Assembly (NCBI GenBank): GCA_963710845.1
Contig: CAVQBU010000019.1
Span: forward strand, 196,241 to 260,240
Length of the DNA: 64,000 bases
Source: an uncultured Acidobacteriota bacterium
GTDB taxonomy: Bacteria; Acidobacteriota; Terriglobia; Acidiferrales; UBA7541
Direction: 5' to 3'
Within the stretch, counting starts at the first letter, position 1. The number at the start of each line of letters is the position of its first letter. The notes beneath the pieces are model-generated. The model had not been told where the DNA came from, searched no databases, and saw nothing but the letters and a program-made list of their open reading frames with translations. The translations under genes and the position numbers were made by a program. Below are positions 8,052 through 16,801 of this stretch, piece by piece.

Positions 8052-9838
8052 ATGACCGGCCCGTATTCAAGTTTTTTCGAGCTACGTGACAATCCCTTCC
8101 GCGCGAATCCCGACCCGCACTATCTCTTCTTGACGCAGCAAACGCAAAAATCACTCGAGCAGCTCATGAATGGAATTCGTGAGCGTAAGGGACTAATGCT
8201 GCTCACGGGAGAAGTTGGCACTGGCAAAACGGTATTACTGAATCGCCTCAGGGAGTGGCTCCGTCAAGAGCAAATGCCCACGGCGTTCATCTTTAACTCC
8301 CATTTGAAGGCCAGCGATCTACTTGATCTCGTTCTGGCTGATTTTGGGATTCCCCTTCTCGCGTTACGTGGGTCGCCTCTGACCGCCTGAATAGCTGGCT
8401 GGAGGATCGCTTTCGCGCTGGCCAAACTCCAGTTTTGTTGGTTGATGAGGCGCAAGGTCTGCCGCGACGCGCGCTTGAAGAGCTTCGCATGCTTCTCAAC
8501 CTTCAGACGACCGAGGGGAACCTCCTACAGATTGTCCTTTGTGGCCAGCCGGAATTCGAGGAGTCGCTGAAGCGTCTTGAGTTTCGTCACATCCACCAGC
8601 GCATCGCGCTCCGCTGCAGAACTTTGCCGCTAACGCGCGACGAGACCCAGAGTTACATCGAATGCCGACGGCGTATTGCGGGCGCTTCAGGAAATCCGAT
8701 TTTTAAGCCGGATGCATTGGACGCTTTATTCCTGTATTCGCGCGGGATTCCGCGGGTGCTCAATCTGCTTTGCGAACAGGCGCTCATGCGAGCGTCGGGC
8801 GAGAAAGCCCGCCCCGTACCTGTTCGCCTGGTTGGAGAGGCCGCCCGCGAATTTCAGTTTGATTCTGTCAGACCGCTCGGTCCGCAGTCCATTTCGCACG
8901 AGGATGCGCTGTTAGATCTGATTACTTCGAAGCCAATTCTCGGCGAAATTCCCGATCCGTCGGTAGCTCCTGCGAGTCTTGCAAGTGAAATAGAATTCAA
9001 CGACAATTTTGAAGGGATGCACGAGCTCGGATCGCAACAATTCGTGGTGCCAGCCCCTCAGAACGTACCCGAAGCTGCGCCACCAGGTCTCAGCGGTGCA
9101 ATTGCTCGCGAACACTTTTCCGGTGCCCCTCGAAGCTCCGACGCGGCGGTCGCGTGTCCCCTGCCCGATGACCGAAAATCGCTTCACAAATCAACTCACG
9201 AGGAAGCTTTTGGCAGCTACGGTTTGAGTTCGGAGAGCCGAATATCAGCGCAACAGCTGCGCGCTGAACTCAACTTAGCTGCATCAGTCGCCGCGCGTCA
9301 TCCTGGTGAGCGAGCGCCATCGTCGAATCGCGAATTTGATCTTCGCGAGTATTGGAGGCGCTATCGCCTTTTTGCTGGCAGGATCGCGGGGTTTGCATTC
9401 GATGCGGCCGAATCGCGAGGTCGGATCTACTTCGCTCGCCTTCAAAGCGGGATTCAATTTTGCCGCCGGGCTCTCGGCCGCCATTGGTCTTTCCTGCGAA
9501 CTAAGTATTGGAACGTTCAGTTCTCCATTGCAAGGGAAGGGTTCGTATGGTCTTGTTTGCAATGGTTGCGGGCACCGACTCATAAGAGAAAGGTGGGCAG
9601 CAAAGCTTCGGAATCTCTCTGGGCGGACTCAGTTTCCAGTTCGTCCGCATACATCAGGGCTTCGCGCATTGCCCGACGACGAGCGCAGCCTCAGGTGAAT
9701 CCCCTTCATCGGTCGTCCGACTTTGAGCGAGTTGCACATCTCGCCGCATTGATCCTGCACTGGTTGCAGCAACCGAGCCGCAATAATGCGCGGGGACCAA
9801 CCATTCCGCGCTCTCACCACTCGCATCGTTTGAGCTAA
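8052..9838 (+). CDS. ExeA-like AAA+ ATPase with apparent 1-nt frameshift (ORFs 8052-8390 and 8342-9838)
   Basis: Walker A GEVGTGKT lies in the first ORF and Walker B VLLVDEAQGL in the second. The second frame is open from 8342. One extra C in the CCCC run at 8352-8355 would fuse them (..ADFGIPPSRVTWVASDRLNSWLEDRF..). The C-terminal half is long and low-complexity. Confidence 0.7.
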
Positions 9839-9883
9839 GCCAGGTAAACAGTCTCAATGATGAGTTCTTGGTTGGGAAACGCC

Positions 9884-10101
9884 CCCCGAAACCTACTGTA
9901 ACCGTTCCACATGAGCCTTGCCAAAGAACTTCGCAGGAGCATCCTGACGATATCCCCAGGTCTTACAGACCGCGCACTGCACCATCCACTTGTGCGTGCG
10001 GGGATCTCGCAAGAGCCATTCGGAATCATGCGCTTGTTTCTTCATGCTAGCTCGACAGACTAACCTGTGAGCAGCACGTTGCGCTAGTGGCAGGTTAACG
10101 C
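9884..10101. repeat. 218-bp repeat module, copy B
   Basis: See 4218-4435. This copy has the intact small ORF. Confidence 0.85.
9893..10045 (-). CDS. small basic CxxC protein (50 aa), hypothetical
   Basis: MKKQAHDSEWLLRDPRTHKWMVQCAVCKTWGYRQDAPAKFFGKAHVERLQ. The ORF is conserved in repeat copy A except for a nonsense codon, and its 3' end is also present in copy C. Confidence 0.35.
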   Translation of the reverse strand: MKKQAHDSEWLLRDPRTHKWMVQCAVCKTWGYRQDAPAKFFGKAHVERLQ

Positions 10102-10288
10102 CGTGACCGGACATGTTCGGTTAGCGGCGTACCGCCGGCGCTGTCAACCAGCTGCCAGATCGCTATCGGATACGAACCAATTCTCCCGAAAACAGATAAT
10201 CCGACGGGTATGTCGACGGAACATGCCCTCCTATCAGAGCACAGTCCTTTGAGCTCAAAAACTGGTTACTTCGCTTGGCGTGAAATGG

Positions 10289-10726
10289 CTATTCTTCGCC
10301 AAACTCAAATCGCGCGGGAGCTTCGGTTCGGACATGGATATTCCGATGGCATACACTGCAAAGCGTTATGAGATTTTCTTCCACATCCCTTCCCAGTTGA
10401 CTTCGCGGTTGCAAATGATGAACCTGAAGTTCCTCGGAACTTCCGCATCGTTTGCATCGCCAGCCATCGCGCTGAATAACACGCTGACAAAGTCCCCGAT
10501 AGGAATGCCGGTCCAAGCGAAGTCTGGGTTGTCCTGGGATCGGTGAAGTCACGACGCCTTCGGGATCCGCAGCAAGAACTCCTGGCGCTGGGAGTTCGGG
10601 AGTAGGTAAATTCGACTGTGACCGGAACGGCTGCCAACCGCTGGATTGTGTACAATCAGCCGTTTGCGCGGGCGGTAGTCGGCAACCAGGGGCTTCATTG
10701 GGCAGGGTTGGGCGCGTTTTGTGCAA
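10289..10726 (-). CDS. HNH endonuclease (start uncertain; a GTG near 10570 would give ~95 aa)
   Basis: CKRCGSSEELQVHHLQPRSQLGRDVEENLITLCSVCHRNIH matches the CxxC..HH..N..CxxCH HNH pattern. The N-terminal 70 aa are P/Q/S-rich. Confidence 0.7.
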   Translation of the reverse strand: MHKTRPTLPNEAPGCRLPPAQTADCTQSSGWQPFRSQSNLPTPELPAPGVLAADPEGVVTSPIPGQPRLRLDRHSYRGLCQRVIQRDGWRCKRCGSSEELQVHHLQPRSQLGRDVEENLITLCSVCHRNIHVRTEAPARFEFGEE

Positions 10727-10772
10727 CAGTTAAGCAACCACCAACGGAGGCAACAAATCATCAACTGTGGAG

Positions 10773-10940
10773 TTAGTGCTGCGATACGGAGCTTATGTAA
10801 GCCATCAGTGCGATCAGGGCCGCGAAACCGAAAATGGACCCGAAAACAATGATGATTAGCTCAGTTTTCCGCTTGTAATCGACTAGCCGATAACTACGTT
10901 GTTCTGTCTCCAAGGTCCGCAACTGGTCTTGGCGTCGCAC
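10773..10940 (-). CDS. possible small tail-anchored membrane protein (55 aa, GTG start)
   Basis: ..YKRKTELIIIVFGSIFGFAALIALMAYISSVSQH contains one clear TM helix. It lies below the ORF-track size cutoff and was read by hand. Confidence 0.25.
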   Translation of the reverse strand: MRRQDQLRTLETEQRSYRLVDYKRKTELIIIVFGSIFGFAALIALMAYISSVSQH

Positions 10941-11505
10941 GAAAGCTTCCTACCTAGAGTCTAACTACGTTCACTAGATAGTCCAGTACCGAAATTGGTA
11001 AACCAAAGTACTGGAGCTATCGGCGCGGCGTTTCGACTTTTGTTTGCCCGATAATTGGCCAAATCATGAACCAAGTCCATTCTCAGCATGCCATCGGCTC
11101 AGGACGCTACCGTTGGTTCTACTCAGTAGTTGCTCAAGCGCAATCAAGAAAGGTTGACAAAGCTAGAAAGGCTCGAGCAGGAGTGAAACGCGGCAGTAAG
11201 AAAGACAGGGTGCGTTAGCGGTTGCCAGCTTTTGTGCGACGGTTTGTTCAACGAGATGTTGCGCTGTGGCCACAACCAAATGCCCAATAAGATGGCGATT
11301 GTATATAATCGGTATTTAATTTGACAGTACACTACAGCACCGGAAACCTAACACCCCACAATCCAGTGACTTCAGATTTCATCAGAACTTGGCTGTGGGT
11401 TGAGGAGTACTGCCCATGAAGCTGAAACTCGCAGTTGCTAGCCATCCTCGCTGCTAGCAGGAATGGGGATGGCTGCGTTGGTCGGGTTGAGACGCGTGAA
11501 GTGGT

Positions 11506-11739
11506 TCACACGGTTTCTCTGCTGCCAAGTTTTGAACTTCTCGCTGTTCCTTTCCGCCGCTTCGCTTCCCAAACCGTTTCAAGAGCCGCGTAGAGTGCCA
11601 GTCTTCCCGCATCCGTACCACCCGATTTAGCACGCAAACGCTTCGCCTGCACCCATACGTCGTGCCCCGCCCGCGTCAGAAGCAATTCCGCGCGACTCGC
11701 GTCCCTGTAATCGTATCTCTGTCTTGCGATTAGCTTCAC
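11506..11739 (-). CDS. hypothetical protein (77 aa)
   Basis: GTG start with GAGG upstream. Same strand as the flanking operon. No family recognised. Confidence 0.3.
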   Translation of the reverse strand: MKLIARQRYDYRDASRAELLLTRAGHDVWVQAKRLRAKSGGTDAGRLALYAALETVWEAKRRKGTARSSKLGSRETV

Positions 11740-11817
11740 TCGGAAACCTCTGGCCCGGCCCCTGTAGCTGGAATCTCGATAATCGGCCCTTCCCCTGGTG
11801 GTGGAGTCCGCAGAACA

Positions 11818-12075
11818 TTAGCTAAGGCAGGCGTTCGTGCGGCCGTGCAGAATTTGATGGCATTCTCGACAGAGTGTGATCAAGTTGGTCTCGGCGTCGT
11901 CACCAACCGCACTACGCAGCCTCATGTGGTGTACATCGAGATTCTGGGAGCACCCGCATTTCTGACAGTGCCATCCATCACGCTCCAAAATTTCTCTACG
12001 CAGCCTGGCATATAGCCCCGGCGCCTTTCGAATTCGAGTCCTCATTTGCATGGCAGAGCTATTCTTAACGTCCAC
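11818..12075 (-). CDS. HNH endonuclease
   Basis: CQKCGCSQNLDVHHMRLRSAVGDDAETNLITLCRECHQILH. Paralog of 10289-10726. Its start overlaps the upstream gene's stop by 11 nt. Confidence 0.75.
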   Translation of the reverse strand: MDVKNSSAMQMRTRIRKAPGLYARLRREILERDGWHCQKCGCSQNLDVHHMRLRSAVGDDAETNLITLCRECHQILHGRTNACLS

Positions 12076-12751
12076 TCTCTTTAGAAGCTAGCCGCTCGGA
12101 GGCTTTGGAGTAAGCACCGCTGGAGATCGAGCATCCGATGCTCTTTTCGGCAGCGCCGGTCTCCAAAGCAGCACCCGCGAGAAAATCGGCGCAGATCATT
12201 TCCAGGCAATAGCCTCGAGATTTGTCGCTGCCGAGCATGAGAGCCGCGATTTCGAGCGCACGCTCGACAACCGGCAACTGGCTCTTGTAGAGCTTGAAGT
12301 AGATGATCTCCCACGCTTCCGTTTCCTTCCCGGTCAGGTGTCGCTCGACTTCCCTTTTGAATTCCTCCCTGGGGAGTTCCTTGGCTTTGTGCACCCAGGT
12401 GCACGAGGCGAACTCGGGCCCGTCTTTCCGCGCCACCTTGACGAGCTCCCTCGCCTTTGTCCAACCCATCTCTCGAAGCTGTGGCTTCGGCACTCTGGTG
12501 AGATGTTCGTGGATTGTCATCAAGTAATAAGCCTTTCGGCGCGAGTCGGCGAAACGTTTCTCCAGGAACTCGTCAAATGACTTCAAATTTTCTAACCTCC
12601 AATACTGCTTGGCGCGTACCTCGCATAAGTATTCTCCTAACTCGACGAAGCGCACGTCCTTTTCCTGCTCCTTGATTTTCTCCCAGGACAAAATCTCATC
12701 GATCTTCTCCAGCACGAACAAGGCGCGGCGACGATTCAGTTTCGGTGCCAT
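12065..12751 (-). CDS. hypothetical HTH-type DNA-binding protein (ParB/KorB-HTH-like, tentative)
   Basis: Internal ATG at 12751 lies just after the upstream stop. ..WRLENLKSFDEFLEKRFADSRRKAYYLMTIHEHL.. resembles HTH segments of ParB-like or phage DNA-binding proteins. Confidence 0.5.
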   Translation of the reverse strand: MAPKLNRRRALFVLEKIDEILSWEKIKEQEKDVRFVELGEYLCEVRAKQYWRLENLKSFDEFLEKRFADSRRKAYYLMTIHEHLTRVPKPQLREMGWTKARELVKVARKDGPEFASCTWVHKAKELPREEFKREVERHLTGKETEAWEIIYFKLYKSQLPVVERALEIAALMLGSDKSRGYCLEMICADFLAGAALETGAAEKSIGCSISSGAYSKASERLASKESGR

Positions 12752-12764
12752 CGGCAGCGGCCCG

Positions 12765-13568
12765 CTAGTCCTCAAATTGGTCAATCCAATCAAGGTCGCT
12801 CGCTCCCGGACGACGAATGAGTTTTGCATCCAGCAGCTGCTGATCCCCCAAGCAGATCCCCAGATGCGAGCAGCTCACACAGCCGTTCTGGGGAAATCGA
12901 ATTCCGCTGTGCGGAAGGAATTGCCCCGCTTCAATCTGATTGACGGTTGTCTCCACCAGCTGGCCAAACTCCCGGCGCTGCTGTTCATCAATGGTTGTCT
13001 TCAGATACTGAATCTCGGGTGCGTTCTTGCGCACGAAGACGACCAGAGCAACATCGGAGATCCCAGTCATCCAGGAATAGCAGATCAGCTGTGGATCGAG
13101 TGCCAAAAGACCCTCGGGCTGATCCGGATAGCGGCAGGTCGTCGTTTTCCAGTCGATGATGCATTTCGTCCCGTCCAGTTCGCCGATCGCATCGATGTAA
13201 GAAAGGAATTGGCTCCCGGATGGAAGTGAGCGCGTCAACTTCACTTGAAGATTCTCTTTTGGACGTCGTATCCGAACCCGATCATCCTGGGCAAACCGTT
13301 CGAGCAGGTGGATGCCCTGGTGATAGAGCCGGTCCCAGGAATCGTTCTTCGCATAGGCGAGGGAGGCGTCCTGGTATTTGCGCCATTCCTTAAAGAACGC
13401 GGCAGTCGAGTCTTCCCCAGCGAAATACACAGCCAAAGCGTTTTCAAAGCAGCGGCCGAACATCATTGCCGCCTTGTCTTCTTTCTCGCGCCACCCGTCG
13501 AGGTATCGGTACCGATACTGCCGCGGGCAGCGCAGGTACTGGCTAATCTGCGTGAAGCTGTATGTCAT
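12765..13568 (-). CDS. PD-(D/E)XK exonuclease, Cas4/RecB-like with Fe-S cysteines
   Basis: ATG at 13568 is preceded by AGGAGG. N-terminal Cys in YLRCPRQY. Nuclease motifs IDAIGELDG..IIDWKTT and QLICY. C-terminal CVSCSHLGIC (CxxCx5C). Confidence 0.75.
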   Translation of the reverse strand: MTYSFTQISQYLRCPRQYRYRYLDGWREKEDKAAMMFGRCFENALAVYFAGEDSTAAFFKEWRKYQDASLAYAKNDSWDRLYHQGIHLLERFAQDDRVRIRRPKENLQVKLTRSLPSGSQFLSYIDAIGELDGTKCIIDWKTTTCRYPDQPEGLLALDPQLICYSWMTGISDVALVVFVRKNAPEIQYLKTTIDEQQRREFGQLVETTVNQIEAGQFLPHSGIRFPQNGCVSCSHLGICLGDQQLLDAKLIRRPGASDLDWIDQFED

Positions 13569-13998
13569 TCGAGCCTCCTGCCACGACACCTTCGCGAGCA
13601 TCCTTGGAGATGAATTCCCATTCGCTGGATGGTGCGAATGCTTCGAGGTTGAGGAACGTACGTCCGGCGAATGATTTGCGAGTGGTACGCAGAATGCCCG
13701 TAAGACCGAGCAGGGCCTTCTCATCCACTTCGTCTCGACCGAGCAGGTCCGGGTCATAGCCGAAATCCCGCAGGAACCAGTTCAGTTTCCAGAGGGACTT
13801 CTGGGTGCAATAGAGGCGCCCCGCAATCTTGCGGGAGGCGAAGTCCTTAGGCGCAAGGACCGTGAAGCTGAGGATGAAGAAGGGCTTCTGCGGGTGCCAG
13901 CGATAATAGGCTCGGTCCACGCGCACCAGGAAGATGCCTTCCAGGAAATCGTTCGCCTGCGCCGGCTCGACATGTAACCCCGGAAAATGCCGTTTCAT
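13543..13998 (-). CDS. hypothetical phage-type protein (DUF669-like by recollection, possible ssDNA binder)
   Basis: 151 aa. The pattern GIFLVRV..FFILSFTVL..GRLYC...LWKLNWFLRDFGYD...LLGLTGIL...FAGRTFLNLEAF resembles DUF669 phage proteins as I remember them. Its ATG overlaps the corrected upstream stop (ATGA). Confidence 0.4.
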   Translation of the reverse strand: MKRHFPGLHVEPAQANDFLEGIFLVRVDRAYYRWHPQKPFFILSFTVLAPKDFASRKIAGRLYCTQKSLWKLNWFLRDFGYDPDLLGRDEVDEKALLGLTGILRTTRKSFAGRTFLNLEAFAPSSEWEFISKDAREGVVAGGSNDIQLHAD

Positions 13999-14758
13999 GA
14001 CCGTACCTCCTCAGGCTGGCTATAGCTGTTCAACTTGCAAATTAGTGCCGCACGATCTTTCGCGGCTTCCTCCGCGACGGTCGCAACGAAAGCCTCGACA
14101 AGGTCCCGGCCGGCGTCGCGGAGTTCGGCGTCCCACAGAAATCAGCCGCATAGCGTTTCACCAGGTTGGGATCGAGCTCATACTTTCGAATCAGGAGGCA
14201 GAGCTTGTCGCGGAGTCGGGGCTGCCCATTGGCGGAGCCGTTTCCATTCGGTGGGTGAACTGGTTTTCCTTCGTGCGGAGGCGGAATGGAGGATGAATGT
14301 GACCCCAATTCCTCGACCGAGCAAAGCCCGATTCCATAAGCTTTGCGCAGAGCGCGGTTGACGGCCCGCGTTTCGGCAACGCGCATCTCCGCGCCGCGTA
14401 CCAGAGAGGACGTGTTAGTGCGGTCGGCATCGCCGTAGGCGACGAAGCCCTTCGATCGAGCGGACGTGTACACGGTAGCCTTAAAAACCCATCGACTGGC
14501 GTCAGGATTGCACTGTCGCTCCTGCAAGGTTGTCCGAATACCCAGGCATCGTCGTCGCGCGGCGATTCGAAGCAGGCCTGCGTGCGTGATGTACCATTTG
14601 CCGCCAAGGTATAAAATCTCGCCCGTCGAAATGGAAAGATGAAGGTTTCGCGTTAGTTCACGCAAGGCTGTAAGGTTCGCGCTTGTCAGCCCGGGATAAA
14701 CCTGCTTAACTAGGCGAAGATTCTGTCGTTCTAGGGTACCGTTGGTTGTTCTTGGCAT
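13995..14758 (-). CDS. putative recombination/annealing protein with apparent 1-nt frameshift near its 3' end
   Basis: ..GDADRTNTSSLVRGAEMRVAETRAVNRALRKAYGIGL.. is SSAP-like, but the assignment is weak. After ..YAADFCG the -1 frame reads AELRDAGRDLVEAFVATVAEEAAKDRAALICKLNSYSQPEEVRS and ends in an ATGA overlap with the next gene. The annotated frame ends in an R/K/P/S-rich tail. Confidence 0.55.
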
Positions 14759-14797
14759 GGTAGTGTTCCTATTAGTTGCGGTCGCTTTGTGTACATA

Positions 14798-14825
14798 ATG
14801 ATATCACTATGACCGCTTTTGTCAA
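14798..14825 (-). promoter_or_regulatory. candidate leftward sigma70-type promoter with palindromic operator
   Basis: Minus strand reads TTGACA, 16 nt, TATCAT. The palindrome TGATATCA (14799-14806) overlaps the -10. GCGGTC..GACCGC flanks the region. Confidence 0.35.
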
Positions 14826-15058
14826 GCGGGGAATCATCTGTTGGTGCCATGTCCACTTCGATGAGCGAATCAAGAGCCCGCGTGCTGCTGCGCATTCCAA
14901 CAAAGCTCAAAGCAAAATTGACCGAGCTCGCTGAACGGGAGCATCGATCGCTCAACAAGCAGATCGAGTTTCTCCTTGATCGATGCATTCGGGACGGGGT
15001 GAAGGACGAGGCTGACGAGTCGCGGCGCCAAAAGGGTGCGAGTACCAAGCGGGGATAG
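14819..15058 (+). CDS. Arc/CopG-type ribbon-helix-helix DNA-binding protein
   Basis: RVLLRIPTKLKAKLTELAEREHRSLNKQIEFLLDRCI matches the RHH pattern. Divergent from the leftward operon. An alternative ATG lies at 14849. Confidence 0.7.
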   Translation: MSSGESSVGAMSTSMSESRARVLLRIPTKLKAKLTELAEREHRSLNKQIEFLLDRCIRDGVKDEADESRRQKGASTKRG

Positions 15059-15114
15059 CTTTCCGGCGACGACTTTTGCTGCAGCCGCGCGCCACGGATC
15101 GAGCTAAGCTCATT

Positions 15115-15423
15115 TTATCGTGTCAACGACAAACCCAAACGCGTTGTTGACGCCCTAAATTCTTCCAGGACTCTCGTCATACAGTGGAGTGTGACAGATC
15201 GGTAGCCGGCCTCCCCGAAGGCGCTTGTTATGACGATCGACAAAACCTGAGTGAGGTAGCGTTCCAGTTTTTTCTCAGCTGCAATATCCGCAGGCATGAT
15301 CAGGAACATCGGAGACGAATTTTTCCGTGTTGCAAGTTGAAACGAGCGGGATTTCGGTAAGAAGCCAGATCCGCTTGTAAGTCTTCTACCCAGCACAAAT
15401 GGTCCCTGCGCTGTTCTGGACAA
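15115..15423 (-). CDS. hypothetical protein (may start internally at 15309)
   Basis: ORF only. Weak RBS and no family recognised. Confidence 0.2.
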   Translation of the reverse strand: MSRTAQGPFVLGRRLTSGSGFLPKSRSFQLATRKNSSPMFLIMPADIAAEKKLERYLTQVLSIVITSAFGEAGYRSVTLHCMTRVLEEFRASTTRLGLSLTR

Positions 15424-15604
15424 AGGGCGCCGCCGTCAATCCCGGGAAATCAGAGGCCCGTGCCTTGCACTTATAGCCACATAACTATACTACTGAGTTA
15501 TTAGTAACAATGTCTACAACAAAAGGAGGCTTCGATTACCCTTATGTTAGCCACGGGTGCAGCGCTGACCCGTTATGGCGGCTCGTTAATGAAGGGGAGA
15601 CGAA

Positions 15605-16330
15605 ATGGAAAAACTTGTTCAAACGAAGACGAACTGGAGCGATGAACGGCTTCGCAATCTCTTCAGACGCTATAACCAACTCTACTGGCGCGGAAGATTG
15701 TCTCGGTATCGCGTCGTCCAGGCCGAACTATCACAGGAGCGCAGCTATGGCTATTGCGATTCGCGGAGGAAAAGGTTCGTAATCGACCCAGATCGGCACA
15801 GCAGCGACCGCGAACTTCGCGCCACGCTCCTACACGAAATGGCTCACGCAGCATCAAGGGAGCCCGGACACGGCGTGGGATTCTTCGCCCAGATGGAACG
15901 ACTGATCAAACTGGGTGCTCCCATTAGCGTACGGTCCCCCGAAGCGGGTAGCGCACATATTCTCGCAAACATTGTCCCACCGCGATTCCCGCGGTTGAGA
16001 GCGAAGATGAATCGCGCCGAAAATCGGCGCGAACGCGACGTGATGACTCAGACCCGCGGCCTGCCAGTGATCACCATTACGGATGACATGATCGTGACCA
16101 GCTTCGAGGACGCGATGCTCCTCAAGTGGAAGACTGCTCTGCTGGCAGTTGGATTGGAAAATGGACTCGTTGACGACACCGGGCGTCCGTTGACCGCATG
16201 GGCTAGACGATTGGTGACGAAAGGCAGGCGGGTACATCGTCGAGCCCGGCGAGATCATCTCGAAAGCGAGAAGCATTGGCGACAGATTCTTGGGCATCCT
16301 TGCGCGAGCGAATCCACCGCAGTTACGTGA
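15605..16330 (+). CDS. SprT-like zinc metalloprotease domain protein
   Basis: HExxH in LRATLLHEMAHAAS. The N-terminal YNQLYWRGRL..YGYCD..RFVIDPD layout is typical of the SprT-like family. GGGGAG RBS. Confidence 0.7.
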   Translation: MEKLVQTKTNWSDERLRNLFRRYNQLYWRGRLSRYRVVQAELSQERSYGYCDSRRKRFVIDPDRHSSDRELRATLLHEMAHAASREPGHGVGFFAQMERLIKLGAPISVRSPEAGSAHILANIVPPRFPRLRAKMNRAENRRERDVMTQTRGLPVITITDDMIVTSFEDAMLLKWKTALLAVGLENGLVDDTGRPLTAWARRLVTKGRRVHRRARRDHLESEKHWRQILGHPCASESTAVT

Positions 16331-16801
16331 TGAATGCGAGCCAGCTTTTGCTCAATCAAGTCCGGCTAGCGTCACCGTGCCGTAGGATTCACAGGGACAT
16401 CCGAGCAGTAGGCGGTTTCGCACCCAATCGAAACTGCGCCGCCCATAGACATTCATGCCATTTATTAGTGTGCCCTGCACCGATGGTTAGGTTTTCCAGC
16501 GCGACGGATTCGTCGAGTTGGTGCGGGATGCACTTCAGGCGCCGAAGGATTGGCTGCTCGGCACTGAGAGGCTTGAGTCAAAATCCAAGAGCTAGACCTC
16601 TGGCACTGGCCCCCTGCAACTTTTTCGCTTGACCAACTCCAGCGGTTCGGCTACGCTTGGGTCTCAGTCTACTGTTGTAGCTTGAACACGGGACAGCGCG
16701 CGGTTACTTGGCGGCGCTGAACGGGACGACGCGATGCGGGTTCTTTCGCGGAGTTCCGTTTTTTTTGTGCGCGGGCTTCGCGGCGAGGAGTTAGTCGCGC
16801 G

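Noticed and set aside
9838-10726. Possible Septu-like pairing of an ATPase (ExeA-like) with an HNH nuclease.
   Set aside because: The two genes are convergent rather than co-oriented. The ATPase is AAA_22/ExeA-like rather than the ABC-type ATPase of Septu, and it is frameshifted.
16601-16620. TGGCAC ... TGCA resembling a sigma54 -24/-12 promoter. A similar TGGCAC...TTGC lies at about 42375.
   Set aside because: The spacing between the GG and GC elements is two or more nucleotides too long at both sites.
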